From the NCBI GenBank assembly GCA_963842525.1, contig CAWJGT010000034.1:640001-704000 (forward strand): a stretch of DNA of 64,000 bases, given 5' to 3'. The notes beneath the pieces were generated by a model that was given only the letters and a program-made list of their open reading frames with translations, searched no databases and was not told the origin of the DNA. The translations under genes were made by a program, and so were the position numbers. Every line of letters begins with the position of its first letter. Within the stretch, counting starts at the first letter, position 1. Positions 42,301 through 54,443 of this stretch are shown piece by piece. The DNA comes from an uncultured Holophagales bacterium. Lineage in GTDB: Bacteria > Acidobacteriota > Thermoanaerobaculia > Multivoradales > UBA5704.

Positions 42301-45300
42301 CGATCTCCCACAGAGGCAGCGTCAGATCGAACAGTATTGTCCCCGTTTCCTCCCTCAAGGGCTCGACGACCAGACCTGGCATCTTGAGCGGTTCGGCTGG
42401 AATGTTCTGCAGAATGAACATGACTTGGAACAAGGGAGAGTGGCTCAGGCTGCGCACGGGTCGCAGCTCCTCAACCAGCTTCTCGAAAGGTAGATCTTGA
42501 TGGACATAAGCGGAGAGCACGGATTCCCGAGCCCGGCCCAGGAGCTCCACGAAGGTCGGATCCCCCGACAGGTCGGTGCGCAACACCAGGGTATTGACGA
42601 AAAAGCCGATCAGATCCTCCAACCGGGCATCGCTGCGGCCCGCGGTCGGCGTGCCCACAGCGAGATCATCCTGCCCGCTGTGCCGGGCGAGCACGATCTG
42701 AAAGGCTGCCAGCAAGGTCATGAACAGCGTCGCCCCTTGGTCGAGGGAGAGCCGCCGAAGGCTTCCAGTGAGCTCTTCCGAGAAGCTCAAAGGACAGCTC
42801 TCTCCCCGGAACGTCGGGGTGGCTGGTCGCGGCCGGTCGGTCAGCATCTCGAGCACCGGGGGGAGTCCCTTGAGCCTCTCCTGCCAATAGGCGAGCTCCG
42901 TCTCCAGCCGCTCTCCCGAGAGCCAGCACCTCTGCCAGTGGGCAAAGTCCGCGTATTGGATCTCGAGCTTCCGGCAGAGGCGACGGCCTGCCCTCCAGGA
43001 ACGCTTGATAGAGGACCACCAGCTCGCGCACGAAGACTCCCATCGACCAGCCGTCACTGACGATGTGATGCATTGTGGCGAGCACGACGTGCTCCCCCTC
43101 GGCCAAAGCCATCAGGGTGGCGCGCAGTAGGGAACCCTCAGCCAGGTCGAATGGCTGCTGCGCATCCTCCCGCGCCAGACGACGAACCTCCCCTGCGCGC
43201 TCCGGTGGCGGAAGGGACCGCAGGTCGATGAGTGGCAGCGGGACCGCTGTGAAGGGTGAGATAACCTGTTCCGGCTCGCCTTCTACAGTGGCGAAGTTTG
43301 TCCGGAGAGCCTCATGGCGCCGCACCAATTCGCTCAGGCTGGCACTGAGCGCCGTTCTGTCGAGTGGTCCCTGGAGTTGGAAGGCGGTCGCAAAGTTGTA
43401 CATCGCACGGCCGGGCTCCAGGCGATCGAGAAACCACAAGCGCTGCTGCGCGAAAGAAAGGGGTAGAGGCCTGTCCCGCGGGACCCGCTCGATGGGAGGA
43501 ACCTGCGACTTCTCTCCCCCGCTCAGTGCCCGCTCCACGTGCTCGGCCAGCCCCGCTACCGTTGGGACCTCGAACACGATCTCCAGCGGCAAGTCGATGT
43601 CGAACACCTTCTGCAGCCGCGCCATCAACTGGATGGCCAACAGCGAATGCCCTCCCAGCTCGAAAAAGCTGTCCTGCACTCCGATCCGCTCCCGGCGGAG
43701 CACCTCGGCAAAGATCCCCTCAAGCATCTGTTCGACCGGCGTGCGCGGCGCGGCCAAGGCCTCAGAGCCCGGCTCCGGGGTCAGCTCCATCCGTGCGAGT
43801 GCCTTGCGGTCCACCTTGCCGTTGGGGGTGAGCGGCAGTTCCTCCAGGAATGCGAAGCCGGCAGGCACCATGTAGGCAGGAAGCCTGGCGGCGAGCGCAC
43901 CCCGCAGCGCGTCCGCTTCGGAACGAGCTCCCGGCTCGGAGACCACGCAGGCCAGCAGCTCCCCAGGACCGACTGGACCGTCGCGTATGACCACAGCCGC
44001 CGCACGAACTGCCAGGTGCTCCATGAGCGCTGCCTCGATTTCGGCCGGCTCGATACGGAAGCCCCACAGCTTCACCTGTTGGTCGATCCGGCCCAGAAAC
44101 TCGAGGTTGCCGTCGCCGCGGTAGCGAACGAGGTCGCCCGTGGAATACATCCGCCTGCCCGGAGAGACGCTGAACGGGTCGGGCAGAAACCTCTCCGCGG
44201 TGAGCCCCGGCTGGCCGAGATAGCCCCGCGCGAGGCCCTCGCTGGCAATGTGCAGCTCACCGATGCCTCCCATCGGTACCATGGAGGCGCCCGGTCCCAG
44301 GATATGGAACCGGCGGCCGGCAACCGGCCGCCCGATGAGCGCTTCCGCCCGGGCGCTCTCGTGCCGCAGCACCCTGTGATAGCTGGAAGTCATGGTGCAC
44401 TCGGTCGGGCCGTACTGATTGAACAGGTCCACCGCTTTTCCGAACGCCTGCCAAGCTCGCGCACAGTCCGCCAGGTACAGGCGCTCGCCGCTGAGGAGGA
44501 TCGTCCGCAGGCTGGCGCCCCGCCCGTCCGATGGCGCGGCCTCGGCGAGAGCTCGTAGCAGCGTCGGCACAACACTCAGCAGACGGGTGACGCCATGCTT
44601 CGCGATGAGATCGAGCAGCGCCACAGGGTCCTTCGCCTTCCCGGTCTCGGCCAGGACGATGGCGGCGCCCGCCGCGAGCGGCCCGAAGAGGTCTCGCACC
44701 GCGGCATCGAATGCGAAGGAAGGGAGCTGAAGCACCCGGTCCGTTGTCCCCAAAGCGTGCAGGGCCAGGAGCGAGCGGAGGTAGGAGGCGGCTCCGGCAT
44801 GTGTCCCGAGCACCCCTTTGGGCCGTCCGGTCGTTCCCGAAGTGTAGACAATGTAGGCCAGATTCCACGGCGAAACCGTGATCTCCGGGCCGGCCGCCGT
44901 CGCCCCTTCACCTGTACCCTCCAAGAGGAGATCGAGGCGGAGCATCAGCCCGTCGAAGGTGGGGAGCCGCCGCTCCAAGCGCTCCTCGGTGAGCAGCAGA
45001 GCGGCCCCGCTATCCGCGAGCATCCAGGCGAGGCGCGCGGACGGCAACTCAGGATCGAGCGGCACGTAAGCGCCGCCCGCCGCGAGCACCGCCAATGCCG
45101 CCACGACCATGTCCGGCGAGCGCTCGAGGCAGAGTGCTACCCGGGATTCGGGTGCGACCCCCAGCCCACGCAGGCGGAGCGCCAGGCGCCCCGCACGTCG
45201 GCGGAGCTCGCCATAGGTGACCGCCACGTCGGCGGCGAGCACCGCCAGGGCATCGGGCTGCCGCTCGGCCCAAACTTCGAACAGCTCGTGCAAACAGGCC

Positions 45301-48300
45301 TCGGCGTCAGTCTCCAGGGAATCGTTCCACTCGACCCAAAGCTGGTGTCTTTCGCCCTCGCTCAGCAGGGGCAGATCGGACAGATGCTCGCCGGGATCGG
45401 CCGCGATTCCCGCCAGAAGACTCTCGAAATGCCCGAGCATCCGGCCGATGGTCGGTGCGTCGAACAGGTCGCGGCGATACCCCGCGGTACCCGCCACCCC
45501 TCCCGATCTCTCCCCGAAGAGCAGCGTCAAATCGAACTTTGCCGCGCCGGTTTCCATCTCCAATGGCTCGAGATCGAGCCCGGCCATTGCCAGCGGCTCC
45601 GCCGGCTGGTTCTGCAAAACGAGCATGACTTGGAAGAGCGGTGTCTGGTCGAGACTGCGCTCCGGCTTCAGCTCTTCCACCAACTTCTCGAACGGCAGGT
45701 ACTGGTGCGCATAGGCCGAGAGCGTTACCTCCCGGACCCGGTTCAGTAGCTCGAGAAATGTCGGGTTCCCCGACAGGTCCGAGCGCAGCACCAGCGTGTT
45801 GACGAAGAACCCGATCAGCTCCTCGGTCTCGATCTGGTCACGACCTGCGATCGGCGTCCCTACGGCGATGTCCTCCTGACCTGTGTATCGGGCAAGCAAG
45901 GTCTGGAAAGCCGAGAGCAGCGTCATGAACAACGTGGTTCCCTGGCGGCGGCTCAGGAGCTGAAGAGCATTGGAAAGCTCCTCCGGTATCTCGAACAGAC
46001 GGCTCGCTCCCCGGGATGTCTGGACAACGGACCGCGGGCGGTCCGTGGGCAGCTCCAGCACGGGCAGTGCGCCTCCCAGCCGCTCTCGCCAGTAGGCGAG
46101 CCCCGACTCCAGGAGCTCTCCCGTAAGCCACAGCCTCTGCCATGCGGCGAAGTCTGCGTACTGGATCGCAAGCTCCGGCAGGGGCGAGGAGAGCCCCTGC
46201 GAAAACGCCTGGTAGAGGGCCCGCAGCTCCCGGATCAGCACGCCGGTCGACCAGCCGTCACTGACGATGTGGTGAGTCATGAGGAGCGCGAGCTGGTCCC
46301 TATCACCAAGCGCGATCAGAGCCTGTCGCAGGAGCGGGCCGCGCTCCAGGTCGAAGGGGCGTTGTGCCTCCTCAGCCGCCAGGTGCCGCGCCACCGGCAA
46401 CCGCCGCGGCTCCGGCACTGACCGCAGATCGATGACCGGCAGGAGACCCGGGAAGCTGGGACAACGACCTGCACCGGCTCCCCGGTCGCCGTGCGGACGA
46501 ACACCGTCCGCAGAGCCTCGTGGCGCCGGGTGATCTCCCTCAAGGCCGCCGCGAGCGCCGCGATGTCGAGGTCACCCATCAGACGCACGGCAGCGGGGAT
46601 GTTGTAGGCCGGGCTGCCGGGCTGACGCTGCTCGATGAGCCAGAGGCGCTGCTGGGAGAAGGAAAGAGGCAGGGGCTCGCTCCGCGAGACCCTCTCGATT
46701 CGTACAGCGCCCCTCCCTCGTCCTGCCTGCATCGCCCTGTCGATCTGTGCAGCCAGTCCCGCCACGGTAGGAGACTCAAACACCGCCCGCACTGGCAGAT
46801 CCACGCCGAAGACCCGCGGGACCCGCGCCACGAGCCGGGTCGCGAGCAGGGAGTGCCCCCCCAGGTCGAAGAAGCTGTCGTCGCGGCCCACCCGCTCGAC
46901 CCCGAGCACCTCGATGAAGACCCCCGCCAGCAGCTCTTCAATCGGAGTGCGCGGCGCCGCAGAGGGGCTCCCGGGGTCGTCAAGAGATGGGATCATCCCG
47001 GCAAGGGCTCTCCGGTCCACCTTGCCGCTGGGAGTCAAGGGGAGCTCGTCCAGGAGCGCGAACCGGGCTGGCACCATGTAGCCGGGGAGCTTTGCCGCCA
47101 GGTGTTCCCTCAGCTCGGTGAGGGCGGGCGCGGCCTCCCCGTCCGGCACCACGTAGGCCAGCAGCCCACGGCTCCCATCCGGCTCCTCCCGCACGATGAC
47201 CGCCGCCCGCTGCACCTTCGGGTGCTCCTCCAGAGAGGTCTCAATCTCCCCAAGCTCGATACGGAATCCCCGCACCTTCACCTGGTGATCCATCCGCCCC
47301 AGGTACACCAAGGTACCGTCCGGCTGCCGGCGCGCCAGATCCCCGGTGCGATAGAGGCGGCTGCCGGGTCCGCCGAAGGGATTCGGCACGAACCGCTCGG
47401 CTGTCAGGTCAGGCCGACCGAGATAGCCGCGCGCCAGCAGTGCGCCCCCCAGGCACAGCTCCCCGAAGGCTCCTGAAGGCGCGAGCTCGCCGCGCCGGCC
47501 GAGCACATGGGCGCTACGCGCCCCCACAGGCGAGCCGACAGGCACGGAGCTTCCCGGCGGGTACTCGATCGACCTCGAGAGCGGTGGCGGTGATCACCGC
47601 TTCAGTCGGACCGTAGCCGTTGATCAGACAGGCCCCGGCCAGCGGCGTCTGCTCCCAGAGCCGGACCCCCTCCGCTGTCATCGCCTCTCCCCCCACAGCT
47701 ACCAGCCGGACTGCCAGGCCGGAGGGGGCGACGGCGTCCACCAACTCTCTGGCGCACTGATACCAGAAGGCGGTCGGCAGATTGAGGACCGTCAGGCTGA
47801 GCTCGGCAGCCCGCGCCAGGAGATCTGCGGGAGCCCATAGCTCCCCGCCGCGCAGCACCACCGAGATGCCGCAGGTCAGGGACGGCAGCAGGTCTTCGAG
47901 GGAGATGTCAAAGCTCGGAGAGGCGAACTGCAGGATTCGATCGCCCGCTCGCAGGCGGAAGAGCGCGGAGGCCGCCTTCACATAACCCACTGCCGCCCGG
48001 TGCTCGACGCCGACTCCCTTGGGCCGCCCCGTGGAGCCAGAGGTGTAGAGGATCCATGCCAGACTCTCAGGAGGGATACCGGAGACCGGCGGCTCCGGAT
48101 CGACCTCCGCTACCTCTACATCCAGGGTGAGGACGAGCGCCTCGCACGCGGGGATGCGCGCGCGCAACCGCTCCAGGGTCAACACGACCGGCGCGCCGGA
48201 GTCCGCGAGCAGGAAGGACAGCCGCTCCTGCGGGTAGGCCGGGTCGAGGGGCAGGTAGGCCCCGCCCGCCTGGAGAGTCGCGAGCAGGGCGGTCACCAGC

Positions 48301-51300
48301 TCCGGCGAGCTCTCAGCGAAGACGGCCACCGGCACGTCCGGCCCGACACCCAGCCGCCGCAGGCGCCGCGCCAGCCGGTCGGCCCGCTGGGCCAGCTCGC
48401 CGTAGGTCAGACCGTTCCACCCGCCTCTGTGGAACCAGAGCGCCACGATATCGGGAGCGCGGACCGCCTGCTCCGCGAAAAGGTTGGCGAGGTGCATCTC
48501 CTCGGCGCGGGCGGGCCCGCCTTCGTTCCACTCCCAGAGGAGCGCGTGCAGCTCCGCGGCCGAGAGCAGCGGGACCTCCGCGAGGCGTCGCTGCGGATCG
48601 GTGGCGACGCCCTCCAGCAGGGCGCGCAGATGGCCGGCCAGACGCAGGACCGTCGTGGCGTCGAAGAGGTCCCGGTTGTGCTCCAGGACCCCGGCCAGCT
48701 CTCCCGATTCTCCTTCGCCCAGAGCCAGCGTCAGGTCGAACGGAGCCGTCGCGGTGCCGAAGTCGAGCCGGCTCAGGGTCAGCCTGGGGAGGTCTGCCAC
48801 GGGCGCGAAACCGGGCTGCAGGCTGAGCATCACCTGGAAGAGCGGCCCGTAGCTCAAGCTCCGCTCTACCTGCAGCTCCTCGACCAGCCGCTCGAACGGC
48901 ACGTCCTGGTGGGCGAAGGCCGCCAGGGTATTGCCGCGCACCTGCTCCAACAGATCGCGGAATGCGACGCCGTCCGCAAGCCGCGAGCGCAGCACCAGGG
49001 TGTTGACGAAGAACCCGATCAGACCTTCCAGCGCGAGATGGCGGCGACCCGCGACCGGCGTCCCCACGGCCAGGTCGTCCTGCCCGCAGTGCCGGGCGAG
49101 CAGCGCCTGGAACGCCGCCAGGATCGTCATGAACAGGGTGGCCCCGCATTCCCGGGAGAGCGCCAGGAGGGCAGCGGCCAGCTTCTCCGGGATCCGTACG
49201 GGCACCACCGCTCCCCGCGAGGTCTGGACTGCCGGTCGCGGGCGGTCCGTGGGCAGCTCCAACTGCGGCGGCAGGCCCGCCAACTCCCCCCGCCAGTAGG
49301 CCAGCTCCGCAGCCAGGACCTCGCCGGTGAGCCACTGCCGCTGCCACCAGGCGAAGTCTGCATATTGGACCGGAAGATCCGGCAGGGGAGAGGGAAGACC
49401 CTGGGTCAGGGCCCGGTAGAGCGCGGCCACCTCCCGCACCAGTAGGCCTGTCGACCAGTCGTCGCCGGCGATGTGATGCATCGTCAGGAGCAGCACGTGG
49501 TCGGAGCCCGTCGCCACGAGCGTGCAACGCAGCAGCGGGCCCTGGACCAGGTCGAAGGGGCGCTGCGCCTCCTCCTCGGCCAGGCGCCGGACCTCCCTGG
49601 CGAGCTCGGGACCAGGCAGCCCCGAAAGGTCCACCCGCGGCAGCGGCACCGGGGAGGGTGGGCCGATCACCTGTACCGGCCCGCCTTCCGGCGTTTCCGT
49701 GAAGGTAGTTCGCAGAACCTCATGGCGCCGCGTGACTTCGCTCAGGCTTGCCGCGAGCGCCGCCGCGTCGAGCGCGCCCTCCAGACGCACGGCCAGCGGC
49801 ATGTTGTAGGCCGCGCTGCCGGGGTCCAGGCGATCGAGGAACCAGAGCCTCTGCTGGGCAAAGGAGAGCGGGAGGGGGCGGTCCCGCTGGACCTTCTCCA
49901 GGGGAGGCACCCGCGGGATCTCTCCCGACTTCGCCGCCCGCTCCACGTTCTCGGCCAGAGAGGCCACCGTCGGCCGATCGAAGAACGTCCGCAGAGGCAG
50001 GTCGATCTCGAAGCGGCTGCGCAGGCGGGAGAGGAGGCGGATGGCGAGCAGCGAGTCGCCGCCCAGCTCCGTGAAGTCGTCGTGGACCCCGACGCTGTCG
50101 ATCCCCAGGAGCTCCCTCCAGAGCCCGGCGATCGTCTCCTCCGTGGGATTGCGGGGCGCCAGATAGCTCCGCGAGAGATCCGGCCGCGGATGCGCGGAGA
50201 GCGACGGCCGGTCTTCCTGGAGGGTCTCCTCCATGTCTCCCTGGGAGCGCGCGAAGAGGTCCTCCGGAGAGACGATGACCTGGGGAAGATCGCAGCCCAG
50301 GATGCGCCGGAACGCTTCGACCCCTTCCTGTGACCGCAGGCCGGACCGCAGGCGGGCCGCGCGCTGCTCGCCGGTCGCATCCGCGAGCGCCGCCACGGCC
50401 ATGCCGGTCTCGCTCCAGGTGCACCAGTTGACCGAGACGGTGAAGGGCCCCTCGCCGGAGAGGACGGCCCGCTGGGCCCAGACGTCGAGGAAGGCGTTGG
50501 CGGCCACGTAGTCCACCTGGCCGGCACCGCCCGTGATGGAGGCGAGCGACGAGCAGAGGACCAGGAAATCCAGGCCCTCTCCCGCGAGCAGGCTCCACAG
50601 AGCGCGCATCCCCGCCGTCTTGGGGGCGAGGACGCTCCGCGCCATCTCCTCCGTCTTGAGCCCGATCACGCCGCCGCCCGGCACCCCGGCGGCGTGCACC
50701 GCGCCGTGGATCGCGCCGAAGCGCGCGCGGGCGGCGGCGACCACCTCCGCCAGGGCTGCGCGGTCGGACACGTCGGCGTTCGCGACCATCACCTCGCCGC
50801 CGAGCTCCTCGAGTTCCAGGAGACGCCGGATCTTCCGCTTCTCCTCCTCCGGGAAGGAGCCGGAGCCGAGGCGGTCTTCCCATGCCTCCCGGGGGGGCAG
50901 CTCCGAGCGCCCGACCAGCACCAGCCGGGCCCGTGCCTCGCGAGCCAGGTACCCGGCGATCTCCAGTCCGATCCCTCCGAGGCCTCCAGTGAGCAGGTAC
51001 ACGCCGCTGTCCCTCAGCCGGGCGGTCCGGCCCTCGCCGCGCTCCAGCCGGACCGGCTCGAACGCCGGGACCCAGCGGTGTCCCCCGCGGAGGGCCACCA
51101 CGGGATCGGAACGCTCGGCGGAGACCTCCGTCCAGACGCGCTCCGCGAGCTGCGACACCTGCCCGGGCCGCGGCGGCGCGAGGTCGATGCTGCGCATCCG
51201 GAGATCCGGGATCTCCTGGGGCGCGACCCGGCAGGGACCCAGGAGAGTGGCTTTGTCCGGGCAGAGCGGCTCCTCCCCCGTCACGTTGTAGAGGCCGGTC

Positions 51301-54300
51301 GACACGACCTCCACCGCAACGCCCCGGCCGGTCGAGCGCTCGCCCAGCGCCTGAGCGAGGGAGAGCAGGCTGAAGAAGCCGAGAGACTGCAGGGTGTCCG
51401 GCTCGCCCCCCTCCGGCTCCTCGGCCCCGTCCGCCGTAACGCTCCAGAGGTGCACGATCCTCTCCGGCAGCCCGCCGGCGGACGCCAGCTCGTCGAGCAG
51501 CCTTCGGTAGTCGTCCGCCCGCCGGGGATCGAGGCGGTATTCGCGGTCCCCTGTCTTGCGGAAGCGGTCGCCCGGCTTCACGGTCGCCACCTGCCGTCCC
51601 AACGCCTCCAGGCGCCGGAGGATCTCCCGGCCCAGCCCGGTCTCGTCCAGGAACAGGAGCCAGCGGGATGCCGCGGCGGGGGGCGCCGGCCGCCGCACCG
51701 CCTGTCTCCAGACCGGCACCTGGAACCAGTCGGCCGGATCCGGCCGCCGCACCGGCGCTGCCGGCTGCGAGCGGGCCGCCTCGCCCGGTTCCTCCACCCA
51801 GTAGCGCCGGCGCTCGAACGGATAGGTCGGCAGGCGGACGCGGCGGCGGCGCTCCCGGGAGGAGAAGGCGGACCAGTCGATTGCGAGGCCCTGCAGCCAG
51901 AGCTGGCCGGCGGCGCGGAGCAGATCCTCGACGTCCGAGGGCTCGCCGTGGGTGTGGGGCAGCGAGGGGATCACAGCGCGCGGGTCTCGCGGTCCGAGCT
52001 GCCGGCGCACGAGATCGGTGAGTGTCCGTCCCGGGCCGACCTCGAGGAGGACGCGGCCCTCCTCCCGCAGCAGCTCGCCGGCATCCGCCGCGAACCGGAC
52101 CGTCTCCCGCAGGTGCCGCACCCAATACTCCGGCCGGGCGATCTCTTCGCCGGCCCAGGCGCCGGTCACGTTGGAGAGGAAACGCAGCTTCGGGGGGAAG
52201 AGGGCGACGCCGTGGAGCTCCTCGGTGAAGCGCTCCAGAGCGGGCTCCACCATCGGCGAGTGGAAGGCGTGAGAGGTCCGCAGACGCCGGTGCTCCAGAC
52301 CCTTGTCCGCCAGCCGGCGCTCCAGCTCGGCCACCGCGTCCGCGGGGCCGGAGACCGTGCACAGCTCCGGAGCGTTGACCGCGGCGAGCGACAGCTCCGG
52401 GCCGAGGAGGGGCCGCAGGTCCTCGGCCGGGAGCGGCACGCTCGTCATGGCGCCCCCGGGGAGCTCCTGCACGAGCCGGCCCCGTGCCGCCACCAGCCGC
52501 AGCGCATCCTCCAGGGTGAAGACTCCCGCCAGACAGGCAGCCACGTACTCCCCGATGCTGTGCCCGATCATCGCCTCCGGCCGCACACCCCACTCCATCC
52601 AGAGCCGGGCGAGTGCATACTCCACGACGAACAGGGCCGGCTGAGCCATCTCGGTCCGGTCCAGCTCCGCCGCGGCGGCCCGCTCTTCGCTCGGGGCCGG
52701 GTCCAGGAGCCGGCGCAGGTCGATCCGCAGGTGGGGCGCGAGGATCGCGGCGCAGCGGTCGACCTCGCCGCGGAAGACGGGCTCGTTCCGGTAGAGCCCG
52801 GCGGCCATGCCCGCGCGCTGCGCCCCCTGCCCGGGGAACAGGAAGGCGACGGACCGGTGGCCCGGCCGGACGTGGGCGGTCCAGACCCGCTCGCCCACCG
52901 GATCCCGGAGAGCCGCGACGGCCTCGGCCGCATCGCGGCAGACCAGCATCCGGCGGTAGGCCAGAGCGCGGCGGCCGACCCGCAGGGTGTGGGCGACGTC
53001 GGCGAGAGGCGGCCCGGTCCGCTCCTCGAGGAACCGGGCCAGGTCGGCGGTCGCGACCTCGAGGGCGGTGTCCGTGTGGGCGGACACGAGGAGAAGTTGC
53101 CAGGGGCGTGAGGGGCCGGAAGGCTCCGGAAGGGGAGCCTCTTCGAGCACGACGTGCGCGTTCGTGCCACCGATGCCGAACGAGCTCACCCCCGCCCTGT
53201 GCGGCCTGCCGTTCGCCTCCCACTCGGTCAGGGAAGCGTTGACGAAGAAGGGGCCGCGGTCGAAGTCGATCTTCGGATTGGGGTGCTCGAAGTGCAGGCT
53301 CGGCGGGATCGCCCGCCGTTCGAGGGCAAGCACCGTCTTGATCAGCCCGGCGATGCCGGCCGCGGTATCCAGGTGACCGATGTTGCTCTTGACCGAGCCG
53401 AGGGCACACCTCCGGCGACGCCGGCCGAAGACCTGGTTGAGCGCGGCGATCTCGATCGGGTCGCCCAGGGGGGTCCCGGTCCCGTGCGCCTCGACGTAGT
53501 CGATGGTCGACGGATCGATGCCCGCCACGGCGATGGCCTCGGAGATCACCGCCGCCTGACCGCTCACGCTGGGCGCCGTATACCCCACCTTGAGCGATCC
53601 GTCGTTGTTGACGGCGGAGCCGCGGATGATAGCGCGGATCGGATCGCCGTCCTGGAGGGCATCCAAGGCCCGCTTCAGCACGACCACGCCCGCTCCGCTG
53701 CCTCCGACCGTCCCCTGCGCGCGGGCATCGAAGGCCCGGCAGTGGCCGTCCGGCGAGTTGATCCCGTCCTCCTGGTAGAGATAGCCCTCGACCTGCCGCG
53801 CGTCGACGGCGACGCCGCCGGCCAGGGCCAGATCGCACTCCCCGTTGATCAGGCTCTGGCAGGCCAGGTGGACGGCGACGAGGGAGGTGGAGCAGGCGGT
53901 CTGGACGGCGATGCTCGGCCCGCGGAGGTTCAGCCGGTAAGAGGTCTGGGTCGCCAGATAATCCTTGTCGTTCCCGTGCAGGAGCCGGTTCGGATCCACC
54001 GCCGCGAGGACGGCCGGGCTCGCGAGGAGGCGGAGCAGATATCCGCTCAGCTTCGCCCCGGCGAAGACCCCGACGGGAGCATCACAGCCCCCGGGAGGGT
54101 AGCCTGCATCCTCGAGCGCCTCCCAGGCACACTCCAGAAAGATTCTCTGTTGCGGATCGGTGATCTCGGCCTCCCGCGGCGTGAAGCCGAACAGGGAGGC
54201 GTCGAACAGGTCCACCCCGGCGAGCGTACCCGCCGCCCGGACGTAGCGCGGGTCGCGCAGGAGGCCCTCGCCCACGCCGGCCCCCCTCAGCTCCTCCTCC

Positions 54301-54443
54301 GAGAAGAAGGTGATGCACTCCACGCCGTCCCGCAGGTTGCGCCAGAAAGCTTCCGCGTCCGGCGATCCCGGGAAGCGGCAGGACAGGCCGATGATCGCGA
54401 TGTCCGTCTCCCGGAAGCGCTCGTCCGGCTCACGCTCAGCCAT
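39371..54443 (-). CDS. Hybrid PKS-NRPS: KS-AT-KR-ACP-(C-A-T)x3-TE; frameshifts near 47555, 46445 and 42969
   Basis: Start MAEREPDERF at 54443. KS TACSTS/HGTGT/GHLD, AT GHSIG and HAFH, KR GGLGGIG/YVAAN, ACP GGDSL. C domains HHIAGDD, HHIVSDG x2; three A domains (YTSG.TG.PKG, YGPTE); T GGHSL x3; TE GASFG. Confidence 0.9.
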
